Origin: Treponemataceae bacterium
GTDB lineage: Bacteria; Spirochaetota; Spirochaetia; Treponematales; Rectinemataceae
Direction: 5' to 3'
Length of the DNA stretch: 64,000 nt
Assembly (NCBI GenBank): GCA_963667725.2
Contig: CAXXHO010000003.1
Location: forward strand, 1,920,001-1,984,000
A program made the position numbers and the translations under genes. Each line of letters starts with the position of its first letter. Position 1 is the stretch's first letter. The notes below the pieces were generated by a model. The model ran no database searches and was not told where the DNA came from. It saw only the letters and a list, made by a program, of their open reading frames with translations. Below are positions 37,626 through 46,981 of this stretch, piece by piece.

Positions 37626-37652
37626 AGGGCGGGGGTTCACCCCCGCCCTTTT
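37626..37652 (+). terminator. GC-rich hairpin between the cytochrome and maturation genes
   Basis: AGGGCGGGGGT-TC-ACCCCCGCCCT-TTT. Confidence 0.6.
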
Positions 37653-37669
37653 CATATCTTGGGAGCATC

Positions 37670-38635
37670 ATGAAAAGATTTTCGGATACGGTCTACGACG
37701 CGCTGCGATCGGTGAAGCTCGCGACAGTCCTTATCGTCCTCATCGCCGTTTTCGCTGTGGCAGGCGGCATAATTCCGCAAGGCAGGGATGAATCCTTCTA
37801 TCTCCACAAGTTTCCCGGCGCTCCCGCCCGAATCATCCTGGCCCTCGACCTCGACGGAATATTTTCCGGCATGCCCTTCCTCCTCCTCGCGACGCTTTTC
37901 ACCACGAACCTCACGGTCTGCAGCTTTCACCGCTTCACCAAAGAGCTGAAAAAGCCGCGCGGAAACAGACGCCACGGACCCGACATCCTCCATATCGGCC
38001 TTCTCGTTTTCATTTTCGGCGGCCTTCTTACCGCGAGGACGAGATCAGAAACCCTCATCTACCTCGGCAAGGGACAGGAAGCCCGGCTTCCTGAAGGCTC
38101 CAGCATCGTGCTGATGGATCTTCGGGAAGAGCGTTATCCTGACGGGAGACCGAAATCCTGGGAGTCCGCCATTTCCATCGACGAGAAAGAAAGCACCATA
38201 AAAGTGAACAGCCCCCTGCGCTACAAAGGGTACACCATCTATCAGCAGGACTGGAAATCCGCGCAGCGCGCCGTCTTCGAGGACGCGGCGGGCATGAGGC
38301 TCAGCCTCGACCAGGGAGCCAAGGCTAAGATGGCCGAAGGTTCCGTTTTCTTCATGACCATTGAAAAGGGCGTGCCCACGGAGATCGGGACGGATGAATA
38401 CGCCAACGCAGAGGCGGTTTTCCTTCTGGAAAACGACTCAGGCCGTAAGATACTCAGGGCCAGGAAAGGCGACGCCATCGGACTCTTCACCTTCGCGGGA
38501 TTCGAAGAGGAGGCTATATCGGGACTCAAGATCGTCCGCGACAAAGGCTTCCCCCTCGTCGCCGCCGGCCTCGCCCTGGTCCTCCTGGGTACTTTTCTTA
38601 CCTATATCCGTAAACTGAAAGGAATGCTCGCATGA
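37670..38635 (+). CDS. Cytochrome c biogenesis protein, ResB/CcsB-like (System II)
   Basis: LRSVKLA, IIPQ, NLTVCS, conserved His (LHIGLL), IKVNSPLRYKGYTIYQ, SGLKIVRDKG. Confidence 0.85.
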   Translation: MKRFSDTVYDALRSVKLATVLIVLIAVFAVAGGIIPQGRDESFYLHKFPGAPARIILALDLDGIFSGMPFLLLATLFTTNLTVCSFHRFTKELKKPRGNRRHGPDILHIGLLVFIFGGLLTARTRSETLIYLGKGQEARLPEGSSIVLMDLREERYPDGRPKSWESAISIDEKESTIKVNSPLRYKGYTIYQQDWKSAQRAVFEDAAGMRLSLDQGAKAKMAEGSVFFMTIEKGVPTEIGTDEYANAEAVFLLENDSGRKILRARKGDAIGLFTFAGFEEEAISGLKIVRDKGFPLVAAGLALVLLGTFLTYIRKLKGMLA

Positions 38636-39417
38636 TATCAACCATCTCCTTTGCCCTGCTTCTCGTCAGCCTGACTGTCCAGGCAGTCTATCTTTTCCGA
38701 AAGGATGGAGCCAAGGATCCCGTTTCGAACTGGCTCGCGCTGGGGGCAGGCATTCTTCTCCTCGCGGAAATAATAAGGCGGAGCGTCGCCATACGCTTCA
38801 TCGCGCTGACGGGCATGTTCGAGTCGCTGGTTTTCTTAGCCTGCCTCGTTTCCATCCTTGTCTTCGCGCTGCGGTACCTCAGAAGCCTGCGTGCCGAGCG
38901 GGCCATCGCTTTCGGGGCCACGGCCCTGGCTGTCGTCTTCCTCGCCCTTGCCAGCTCCCCGCTCGCCCCCGCCGACATAAAGCCGCCCGTCCCGGCGCTC
39001 CAATCGGGATGGCTCATCCTTCACGTGTCATTTACCTTCATCGGGGAAGTGTTCTTCGCCGCGGGATTCGTGAGCGCCGTGCTCCAGCTCGCCACCAGGA
39101 ACGAGGAAAAGCGCAAAAATTACGACAGGCTGGCCTATACGAGCATCGCCATAGGCTACCCCATCTTCACGGCGGGAGCCCTGGTATTCGGAGCCGTCTG
39201 GGCGCAGAAAGCATGGGGAATATGGTGGAGCTGGGATCCCAAGGAAACTTGGGCACTGATAACCTGGCTGACCTACACGGCATACCTGCATTTCAGGCTC
39301 GTGCGCAAGAACACCAGCAAGGTGATGCCCCTCCTGGTTATCGCGGGATTCCTCATCGCGATGTTCACCTTCTTCGGGGTCAACTTCCTGCTCTCCGGCC
39401 TGCACAGCTACGCCTGA
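38632..39417 (+). CDS. ccsA: Cytochrome c biogenesis protein CcsA/ResC (System II)
   Basis: PALQSGWLILHV, WAQKAWG.WWSWDPKETW, YLH, GLHSY. Confidence 0.93.
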   Translation: MISTISFALLLVSLTVQAVYLFRKDGAKDPVSNWLALGAGILLLAEIIRRSVAIRFIALTGMFESLVFLACLVSILVFALRYLRSLRAERAIAFGATALAVVFLALASSPLAPADIKPPVPALQSGWLILHVSFTFIGEVFFAAGFVSAVLQLATRNEEKRKNYDRLAYTSIAIGYPIFTAGALVFGAVWAQKAWGIWWSWDPKETWALITWLTYTAYLHFRLVRKNTSKVMPLLVIAGFLIAMFTFFGVNFLLSGLHSYA

Positions 39418-39449
39418 TACGAGGCGCGTATTCGTCTACTATGGGATTG

Positions 39450-39581
39450 GACAGGATAACAGGACTTAAGAGGATCAACAGGAAAGAATTTTAAGTAAAG
39501 AAAGATTCCCTTTTCCCTTGTTCTCTTTCTTTGTAAAAATTCTTCCGCATGTAAATCATCCTAGGTCATGTAGATCGTGTC
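39450..39581. repeat. ~130-bp imperfect hairpin built from ACAGGA(T/C)-like units
   Basis: Left GACAGGAT-AACAGGAC-..AGGAT-CAACAGG; right CATGTAAATCATCCTAGGTCATGTAGATCGTGTC; inner arms GGAAAGAATTTT..AAAGAAAGA / TCTTTCTTT..AAAATTCTTCC. Confidence 0.6.
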
Positions 39582-39614
39582 TGGATTCTTTTTCGCACTC
39601 GTTGAGCGGGAGCC

Positions 39615-40817
39615 TTATTCGGGCAGTTCCTCGATCACCTTCCAGCGGCCTTCGGAATACTTGAACCGCTCGGCCTTCATGTCCAGGACGCGGCCGTCCT
39701 CTCCCGCCATCTTGACCGTGCCCGAGAGGGCATTCACTTCCACGACCTTGAAAAGCGTCCCGTCGTAGATGAACTTGACGCCCTCCTGGGGCAATTCGCG
39801 CCTGGCATCCTTGTAGAACTGGAATTCATAGCTCAGGCAGCAGAGAAGGCGGCCGCAGGGACCGGATATTTTGAGAGAGTTGAGCGAAAGATTCTGGTCT
39901 TTCGCCATCTTGATCGACACGGGATTGAGCCGGTCCGAGATGCCATGGCAGCAAAGGACGCGGCCGCAGACGCCGCAGCCTCCCGTGACTCGCGCCTCGT
40001 CGCGGACGCCGATCTGGCGCAGCTCGATACGCATCTTGAACAGCGACACGAGATCCTTGACCAATTCCCTGAAATCGACGCGGGACTCGGCGGTGAAATA
40101 GAAGAGGATCTTGGGCTCGTCGAGGAGATAATGGGCCGAGACAAGCTTCATGGGAAGGTTGCGCGCCCATATCTTGTCCCTGCAGAGCTCGTAGGCGTGT
40201 TTTTCCTTTTCCTTGTTGTCCTTGAGTTTGCGGAGATCGTCGATTCCGGCGGGTCGCTCTATGAGAACGATTTCGTCGGGATTGATGAAGGCGGTATCGG
40301 TCGCCAAGCCCTGGACTTCGACCACATCCCTGCCGTATTTCGTCGGCGCGATCACGAGAGCCCTGGCCGGGATATGCCGAACGGCCTCCGGCGCAGCTTT
40401 AGACGCGGCTTCAGACGCGGCTTCCGGTTTAGCCTCTGGCATGACCACCGGTTCGACCTCCGGTTCAGCTTCCTGGACGACTTCCGGTATGGCAGCAGCC
40501 ATAGCCTCAGCGGAAGCTTCCGCGGGAGCGATCACCGTACTCGGTTCCGGGTCAGCAAAGGGCCCCTCGAGCATCGCTTCGAGTTCGCGCTCCGTGCGGA
40601 AATTCGGCCACTCCGTTCCCGCCGCGACATAATAGCCGTAGGAAGTCTCGCTGGAATGGATGGTCTTCAGCCTATAGAGAACTTCCGGCAACTCATCCAG
40701 GCTCTTGGCGCGTATTCTGGGAGCGACTTCCTGCATCTCGGATTCGAACATCTCGTAGTCTTCCGCGTGCCCATTATTATTATTGTTTGTATGGTTGCCG
40801 TTATGGTGATTGGACAT
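39615..40817 (-). CDS. ricT: PSP1/RicT (YaaT) family Fe-S protein with low-complexity N-terminal extension
   Basis: RVDFRELVK, RIELRQIG.RDEAR, GCGVCGRVLCC, ISGPCGRLLCCL.YE. Confidence 0.85.
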   Translation of the reverse strand: MSNHHNGNHTNNNNNGHAEDYEMFESEMQEVAPRIRAKSLDELPEVLYRLKTIHSSETSYGYYVAAGTEWPNFRTERELEAMLEGPFADPEPSTVIAPAEASAEAMAAAIPEVVQEAEPEVEPVVMPEAKPEAASEAASKAAPEAVRHIPARALVIAPTKYGRDVVEVQGLATDTAFINPDEIVLIERPAGIDDLRKLKDNKEKEKHAYELCRDKIWARNLPMKLVSAHYLLDEPKILFYFTAESRVDFRELVKDLVSLFKMRIELRQIGVRDEARVTGGCGVCGRVLCCHGISDRLNPVSIKMAKDQNLSLNSLKISGPCGRLLCCLSYEFQFYKDARRELPQEGVKFIYDGTLFKVVEVNALSGTVKMAGEDGRVLDMKAERFKYSEGRWKVIEELPE

Positions 40818-40923
40818 AAATTCGTCTCCTTGGGATCCATGGCGAAACGTCGATGCCATAGTCTAAACGTCATCATACTATCATGAAAAGTCGGGAATTA
40901 AAACCGCGTCGAAAACAGGCGCT

Positions 40924-41313
40924 TCACCCGGCATTTTCCGGTTCAACAGCGCCCAGGACGCTGCCCAGAAAAAGCGCTCCGTCTTCCAGCATGAAGCCAG
41001 GCGATTGTATGTCGGCCTTTACCTGGGCGGTGGAAGCCAGGCGCACCGATTTTCTCCCTTTGATCAAGCCGGAGACCTTTCCCGCCACGATAATGTCATC
41101 AGCCTCGATCTCGGCCTCAGCCTTGGCGCCTTCGGCTATCACCAGTGCGCCTGTGGCGGAGAGCTTCCCGACGCATTCGCCTTCGAGGCGGAGCAGGCCT
41201 ACGCAGGAGAGGCTCCCCTCGAGACGGGAACCTTTCCCGATTACGCATGCTGAAATGCCGGATTTGCCGGACGATACAACTGCCTTGACCTTTTTCAAAG
41301 GATTTTTTTTCAT
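40924..41313 (-). CDS. Bactofilin (polymer-forming cytoskeletal protein)
   Basis: VIGKGSRLEGSL..LRLEG..G.L..LVI..A.IEA..IIVAGKV.G beta-helix repeats. Confidence 0.85.
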   Translation of the reverse strand: MKKNPLKKVKAVVSSGKSGISACVIGKGSRLEGSLSCVGLLRLEGECVGKLSATGALVIAEGAKAEAEIEADDIIVAGKVSGLIKGRKSVRLASTAQVKADIQSPGFMLEDGALFLGSVLGAVEPENAG

Positions 41314-42356
41314 GGAGCACCCGCCTTTTTGACATTCAGGAAACGCAAGGGATCGATGACACTCGTCCCCAGATGCACTTCGTAATGAAGATGCGGTCCC
41401 GTGGTCTTGCCCGTGTTCCCCAAGGTGCCCAAAACCTGCCCCTGCTCGACTTGCTGCCCCTTTCTCACCTTGAAAGAGCGCATGTGGCCGTATCGCGTAA
41501 GGAATCCATGACTATGCTGTATCGTGACGCAGTTCCCGAGCCCCGCGTCGTAGCTGGCGTCGATTACCTTGCCGTCGGCCGTGGCAATGATGGGATCGCC
41601 TACCCTGAACGTCGATATGTCGATGCCGTTGTGGAGGTACCATTGTCCGCCGGAAAAAGGATTCTCGTTCTGCCCGAAGTACATCGAGATATGGCCGATG
41701 CCGCTCTGTATGGGCCAAATATTGGGAATCTCGGACATGATCTCTTTCTGTCCTGCGATGACCGTCGCTATCTGCTCGAGACCGGGCGCGGACGAATCGA
41801 GATAGTCGGCCAGACCCCGCAGCCGCTCCAGCTCCCTGTACGCCAGCCCGCCCGAATCGGGCATATTGAGAAGCCCCGAAAGACCGGCGGCGCGAAGGGC
41901 ATCCTCGCCCGAAAGATCCGCGCCCGGCTGCCCCTTCTTGCGCGCGGCGATCGACAATAGCTCGGAAAGCCGCGTCTCGAACCTGAGCGCGGAACCCGTC
42001 AGAGCCTCGGCGCTGTCCCGGAGTTCGTCGATCGCCGCGCGGGACAGGGCAAGCTCGTGTTTCGCGCTCTCCAGCATCGCGACAGCGGCGAGATACCGCC
42101 CCGTCGCGAAAACGGAAAAGCCGACAAGCAGCAGAAAGGCCAGGCCAGCCAGTACAAGGACAAAGCGACTCGCCTGGAAGCGCTTCGACGCGGCCTCGGC
42201 ATGAGGCATGACGATAATGCTCGTCCTCTGCCTTGCCCAGGCGAAAAACCGCCGGGGAAGATTGATGAAGGCCTTGAAGAATGCCTTGGTGCCGGCCACA
42301 AGCCTCGCGTAGAAGATTTTTTCCTGTCTCTTGATCTCGCGCAGGCCCTCGAGCAC
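41310..42356 (-). CDS. M23-family metallopeptidase
   Basis: N-terminal TM and coiled coil; HNGID, YGHM, GNTG.TTGPHLHYEV. Confidence 0.9.
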   Translation of the reverse strand: MLEGLREIKRQEKIFYARLVAGTKAFFKAFINLPRRFFAWARQRTSIIVMPHAEAASKRFQASRFVLVLAGLAFLLLVGFSVFATGRYLAAVAMLESAKHELALSRAAIDELRDSAEALTGSALRFETRLSELLSIAARKKGQPGADLSGEDALRAAGLSGLLNMPDSGGLAYRELERLRGLADYLDSSAPGLEQIATVIAGQKEIMSEIPNIWPIQSGIGHISMYFGQNENPFSGGQWYLHNGIDISTFRVGDPIIATADGKVIDASYDAGLGNCVTIQHSHGFLTRYGHMRSFKVRKGQQVEQGQVLGTLGNTGKTTGPHLHYEVHLGTSVIDPLRFLNVKKAGAP

Positions 42357-42524
42357 TCGCCTCTCCTTGCTTTACCCCAATAAAGTGCCTGTACTCTACC
42401 ACCCGCCCGAAGAAAATGTCAAACCGCGACCCCAAATACGGGCTCCACGGCATTTATCAAAGCGGGAAAATTTAGTATATTTTCATTACACGCTTTACAC
42501 TACCCTATCTCCGGAGAGGTCTGT

Positions 42525-44426
42525 ATGTCGAAATACGCATTTAAAACCGAAGTATCCCAACTTCTCGAACTCATCACCCATTCCCTGTACTCGCACAAGG
42601 AAATTTTCCTACGGGAACTCGTCTCCAACGCCTCGGACGCCATAGACAAGCTCCGCTACCTGAGCATCTCGGACGACGCCTACAAATCCATCTCCGTCGA
42701 TCCCAAGATCACCATTTTCGTCGACAACGAAGCCAAGACCATCGTCGTGTCCGACAACGGCGTCGGAATGAACGAGGAAGAGCTGGCGGGCAACCTGGGC
42801 ACCATAGCCCGTTCCGGCACAAAGGCTTTTATCGAAAAACTCTCCGATACTGAACGCAGGAATTCGAACCTCATCGGCCAGTTCGGCGTCGGTTTCTACT
42901 CCGTCTTCATGATTTCGGACAATGTCGAAGTGATAAGCCGCAAGGCGGGCAGCGACGAAGCCTTCTGCTGGTCAAGCACGGGCAAGGGCGAATTCTCCAT
43001 CGAGCCCTCCAAGCGCGATAGCTTCGGCACCGACGTCAAGATCCACGTAAACGAGGACGGCGGCGAATACCTGAGCCGCTGGGCTCTCGACGGCCTCCTC
43101 AAGAAGTACTCCAACCATATCGCCTACCCCATTCATCTCATTTCCCAGGAACCCAAATACGACAAGGACGGCAAGGAAGAGGGCAAGGAATTCAAGGACG
43201 AGCAGACCAACACCGCGAGCGCCCTCTGGCGCAGGCCGAAGTCCGAGCTGGCCGACAAGGACTACATCGATTTCTATAAATCTTTCACGGGCGAGGACGA
43301 CGAACCTCTCATCTGGCTCCATACGAAGGCCGAGGGAACGATCGAGTACAATTCGCTCTTCTATATCCCCTCCAAGGTTCCCGGGGATCTCTACTATCCC
43401 GTAAGCCAACAGGGCATCAAGCTCTATATCAGAAGAGTTTTTATCACCGACAAGGAAACGAACATCCTGCCCCAGTATCTGCGCTTCGTGCGCGGCGTCA
43501 TCGATTCAGACGATCTGCCGCTCAACGTAAGCCGCGAGATTCTTCAGCAGAACAGGGTCATGACGACGATCCAGCAGGCTTCGCTCAAGAAAATCTTCTC
43601 CGAACTTGAGTCACTGGTCAAGAACAATCCCGAGAAGTACAGGAAATTCGCCGACCTCTTCAACACCCAGATCAAGGAAGGCCTCTGCTCCGACTGGCAG
43701 AACCAGAAGACACTCCTCGGCCTCGTGCGCTACAAGAGCACAAGCGTCGAAGGCTGGACAAGCCTCGAAGAGTACAAGGCGAGAGCCGGCGAGCGGAAAG
43801 TCATCTACTACATAACCGGCAACAACGAGGAGCGCCTGCGGGCCAGCCCCCTCCTCGAGGCCTTCGCGGCCAAAGGCATCGAAGTGCTCGTCGGCTCGGA
43901 CGAGATCGACGAGCTCGCCTTCGCCACCCTGGGCCAGTTCGACGGCATGTCCTTCAAGAGCGTGAATCACGCCGACAGCGACGAGGATCTCGGTACGGGC
44001 AAGGAAGGCGCCGACGCGGCCCAGGACGAGGAAGTCGGGAAGAAGGCCGCCGAGGCAGCCAAACGCATTCTCGGCGCAAAGGTCAAGGATGTCCGCCTCT
44101 CTAAGCGCCTGGAGAAAAGCCCCTCCTGCGTCGTCATGGACAAGGACGACCCCACCCTCCAGTACCGGGAGCTGATGAAGAGAATTTCCAACGTGGACAT
44201 GCCCGAATCGGCGCCCATCCTGGAGATCAATCCCGGACACGCCCTCGTGAGAAAGCTGGCCGAGCTCGAGGGAAAGCGCCTGGCGGCCCCGGAAGATGCC
44301 TCCATGGCCCAGGACGCCGAGGACATAGCGAACATTCTCCTCGACCAGGCCCTGCTCGCCGAGGGACACAAGTTCATCAGGCCCGCCGAGTTCATCGAAA
44401 GGCTCAACCGCCAGCTGGCGAAATAA
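42525..44426 (+). CDS. htpG: Chaperone HtpG (Hsp90)
   Basis: FLRELVSNASDA, NLGTIARSGT, IGQFGVGFYS, LPLNVSREILQ. Confidence 0.97.
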   Translation: MSKYAFKTEVSQLLELITHSLYSHKEIFLRELVSNASDAIDKLRYLSISDDAYKSISVDPKITIFVDNEAKTIVVSDNGVGMNEEELAGNLGTIARSGTKAFIEKLSDTERRNSNLIGQFGVGFYSVFMISDNVEVISRKAGSDEAFCWSSTGKGEFSIEPSKRDSFGTDVKIHVNEDGGEYLSRWALDGLLKKYSNHIAYPIHLISQEPKYDKDGKEEGKEFKDEQTNTASALWRRPKSELADKDYIDFYKSFTGEDDEPLIWLHTKAEGTIEYNSLFYIPSKVPGDLYYPVSQQGIKLYIRRVFITDKETNILPQYLRFVRGVIDSDDLPLNVSREILQQNRVMTTIQQASLKKIFSELESLVKNNPEKYRKFADLFNTQIKEGLCSDWQNQKTLLGLVRYKSTSVEGWTSLEEYKARAGERKVIYYITGNNEERLRASPLLEAFAAKGIEVLVGSDEIDELAFATLGQFDGMSFKSVNHADSDEDLGTGKEGADAAQDEEVGKKAAEAAKRILGAKVKDVRLSKRLEKSPSCVVMDKDDPTLQYRELMKRISNVDMPESAPILEINPGHALVRKLAELEGKRLAAPEDASMAQDAEDIANILLDQALLAEGHKFIRPAEFIERLNRQLAK

Positions 44427-45053
44427 ATGGCAGGATACGACAAGCCCGATTTCTGGTCCATCAAAGCCCGGAAGGAGGGCTACCCGGCCCGCTCCGTGTA
44501 TAAGCTTGAGGAGATGGTCGCTAAGTTCAACCTCATAAAAAAGACAGGATCACAGGATCATGCGGGACAGCCTACAGGACTACGCATCCTGGACATAGGC
44601 GCCGCTCCGGGCTCCTGGAGCCTCTGGATCCTGCGCAACCTGGCGGGCGCGGGGCAGCTCACGGCCGTAGACATCCAGGACCTCGGCATCTCGCCCAAGG
44701 ACGCCAATTTCACCTTCATAAAGGGTAGCATCCTCGACGAGACCGTCCGCGCCCGCCTCCGCGAGACCGGCCCCTACTCCCTCGTCGTCTCGGACGCGGC
44801 ACCCAACACCACGGGCAACCGCCTCGTGGACCAGGGCCGCTCGGAGGAACTTGTCGAATCCGTGATGGGCCTCGCCCTCGAAGTGCTGGCGCCGGGCGGT
44901 TCGCTCGTGATGAAGATATTCCAGGGCGGGGAGGAGAAGCGCCTCATCACCGATCTTAAGACGCGCTTCGACCAGGCGCGCGGCTTCAAGCCTGAGGCAT
45001 GCCGGGCCATATCCTTCGAGACCTATCTCGTGGCGATGGGATTCAAGGGCTGA
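44427..45053 (+). CDS. rlmE: 23S rRNA Um2552 methyltransferase RlmE/FtsJ
   Basis: ARSVYKL, LDIGAAPGSWS, VSDAAP, MKIFQG, KP..R..S.ETY. Confidence 0.93.
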   Translation: MAGYDKPDFWSIKARKEGYPARSVYKLEEMVAKFNLIKKTGSQDHAGQPTGLRILDIGAAPGSWSLWILRNLAGAGQLTAVDIQDLGISPKDANFTFIKGSILDETVRARLRETGPYSLVVSDAAPNTTGNRLVDQGRSEELVESVMGLALEVLAPGGSLVMKIFQGGEEKRLITDLKTRFDQARGFKPEACRAISFETYLVAMGFKG

Positions 45054-45059
45054 CGAAAC

Positions 45060-45581
45060 TCAGCAGGGCAGGTTCTTCAGGTATTCGACCAGTTCTTTCT
45101 TGGAAGGCCGTTTGGCCATGAACGATCGGAACTCTTTTTTTCCGATAAGGCAGGCAATGCCCGAGAGCGCCGAAAGATGATGCTGCACACCCGCCGACAG
45201 GATGAGGAAAAGCGTCGTGACGGGCTTGCCGTCCGGAGCGCCCCAATCGAGCGGCGTATCCAGATAGCCTATAGCCATGATGGCGCTTTCCTCGCTGGCC
45301 GCTTCCTGTTTCCGCGAATGGGGAATGGCGAATCCTTCGCCTATCGCCGTCGTACCCAGACCTTCCCTTTCGATTAGCGCGTTTTTCAGCGCCGTCCGGT
45401 CAACGGACTTGGGCAGGCGCAGCACTTTCGCGAAGGAAGAAATCGCCTCTTCCGCGCTTCCTCCCTGGATGTTGTAATATACGTCGCCATTTTCCATGAG
45501 AGAACAGACAAGGGTTTTTTTGGGAATTCCCGATCCATCGACTTTAGGCGCGTCATCCTTCTGCTCAGCGGATTGCTTCAT
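45060..45581 (-). CDS. PTS EIIA component (PtsN/fructose-type)
   Basis: REGLGTTAIGEGFAIPH (phospho-His), DWGAPDGKPV, HL. Confidence 0.88.
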   Translation of the reverse strand: MKQSAEQKDDAPKVDGSGIPKKTLVCSLMENGDVYYNIQGGSAEEAISSFAKVLRLPKSVDRTALKNALIEREGLGTTAIGEGFAIPHSRKQEAASEESAIMAIGYLDTPLDWGAPDGKPVTTLFLILSAGVQHHLSALSGIACLIGKKEFRSFMAKRPSKKELVEYLKNLPC

Positions 45582-45692
45582 GGATATTATTCTATAGAGC
45601 GAACGAGGTTTCAGCAAGAGACAGACAGACGCGCCTCATGAAGCCGGTTTGGGGTAGACTGAGTTTTTCAATGCTCGCGCAGAGGGCTTCAG

Positions 45693-46979
45693 CTACCGCT
45701 CCATATCGTAATAGTGAGCCAGGTTCAGTTTTTGGATAAGAATGTCATAGTCGATCTTCTGAGCGTCGATTTTCTCGATGGCAAGGTCGATTCTCGCTAT
45801 CACGAGATCTTCCTCGCTGGCGTATCCCCCATTGTAGAGCCGCTCTGTGATTTGCAAATCCTCTTCGGCGTCGGCTATGTCGAGTTCCTGGATTTTTCTG
45901 TCCAATTCAAGCGCTTTGAGGGTCTCCTTAACCATTCTTATGCCATCCGTGAGTTCATCGCGGGCATCCTCGAGTTTAATCCTGTAAATTGTGGGATACT
46001 CCTCTCGCTTCAGCGCGTCCAGGGAGTTTTGGCCTTTGTTGAGGGCATCATAGGACAACTTGAAGGACAGTCCCCAGCCGATCTCATTCTTCTCCGTGTC
46101 GTAGTTTACGGAAGCGGTGATGCTGGGGTTCGGCAGATAGGGAAAGATCGAAAAAGCCTTTCTCTTGTCCGCTGCGGCGAGGGAAAGCTCAAGGGCGCGT
46201 ATCGCCAAGGTGCTTTCAGGCTCTTTCGCCTCGATCGCCGCAATCCATTGGGCCTGCAGCCGAAGGACATCCTCATAAAGGGCATCGGCGTTCTTTTTGA
46301 CATCGTCATCCAGATTATCCAAGGCGCTGGAAGCGGTGAGTATGGATTTTTGCGCTTCAAAGAGACGCCTGTCCAACTCGCGGAGCGAGGTCGTATCTAT
46401 GGTCGCCTTTCTCACCTTTTCGAGGACCTCGAGATTTTCTTTGTTCGCCTCGAGGAGGCGCCGATAATACATCGCGTTGAGGATGTCCGTAGCGAGCGCC
46501 GTGCGCACGGTATCCTCCGAGCTTTTTATCGCGGCCCGCGCCGTCATGACGTTCGCCTCTGCCTCCATGCGATCCGCGCCCGTTTCCGTGAAAAGCTTGC
46601 GGGTTAGGCTCAAGCTGGGACTCCCCAGGCTAATCGCGCCGGAAGTGGAGGCTTCCAAGGGTACTTTAAGCGACAGATCGGCTCCGAAAAGGTTTTCCAG
46701 GGTCACGGAAGGGATCAGGCTCCCCGCGAAAAACCCATCGCTGCCGATACCCAGAAATTCGTCAGTATACGATGTGCCAGTACTCGTGGCGATGGATACG
46801 GCAGGGATATAAGGCTTCGTATAGTTATTTAGGGCGACCTCGGCGGATTTGAGATCGAGTTTCGACTCGAGGTAGGCCGCGGAAGCGTTCAAGCGGGCTT
46901 TATAGATGTCGTCCCAGCCTTCCGCGGCTGCCGCCCAGGCGCTCAGGGCGAGAATAAGCACTAGGTAAAATCGTCGCAT
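45693..46979 (-). CDS. TolC-like outer-membrane efflux protein
   Basis: Signal peptide, helical coiled-coil repeats alternating with beta strands, RLYNGGYAS motif; RND operon context. Confidence 0.65.
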   Translation of the reverse strand: MRRFYLVLILALSAWAAAAEGWDDIYKARLNASAAYLESKLDLKSAEVALNNYTKPYIPAVSIATSTGTSYTDEFLGIGSDGFFAGSLIPSVTLENLFGADLSLKVPLEASTSGAISLGSPSLSLTRKLFTETGADRMEAEANVMTARAAIKSSEDTVRTALATDILNAMYYRRLLEANKENLEVLEKVRKATIDTTSLRELDRRLFEAQKSILTASSALDNLDDDVKKNADALYEDVLRLQAQWIAAIEAKEPESTLAIRALELSLAAADKRKAFSIFPYLPNPSITASVNYDTEKNEIGWGLSFKLSYDALNKGQNSLDALKREEYPTIYRIKLEDARDELTDGIRMVKETLKALELDRKIQELDIADAEEDLQITERLYNGGYASEEDLVIARIDLAIEKIDAQKIDYDILIQKLNLAHYYDMER

Positions 46980-46981
46980 AG

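Noticed and set aside
42357..42524. CIRCE heat-shock operator upstream of htpG
   Set aside because: No TTAGCACTC-N9-GAGTGCTAA match.
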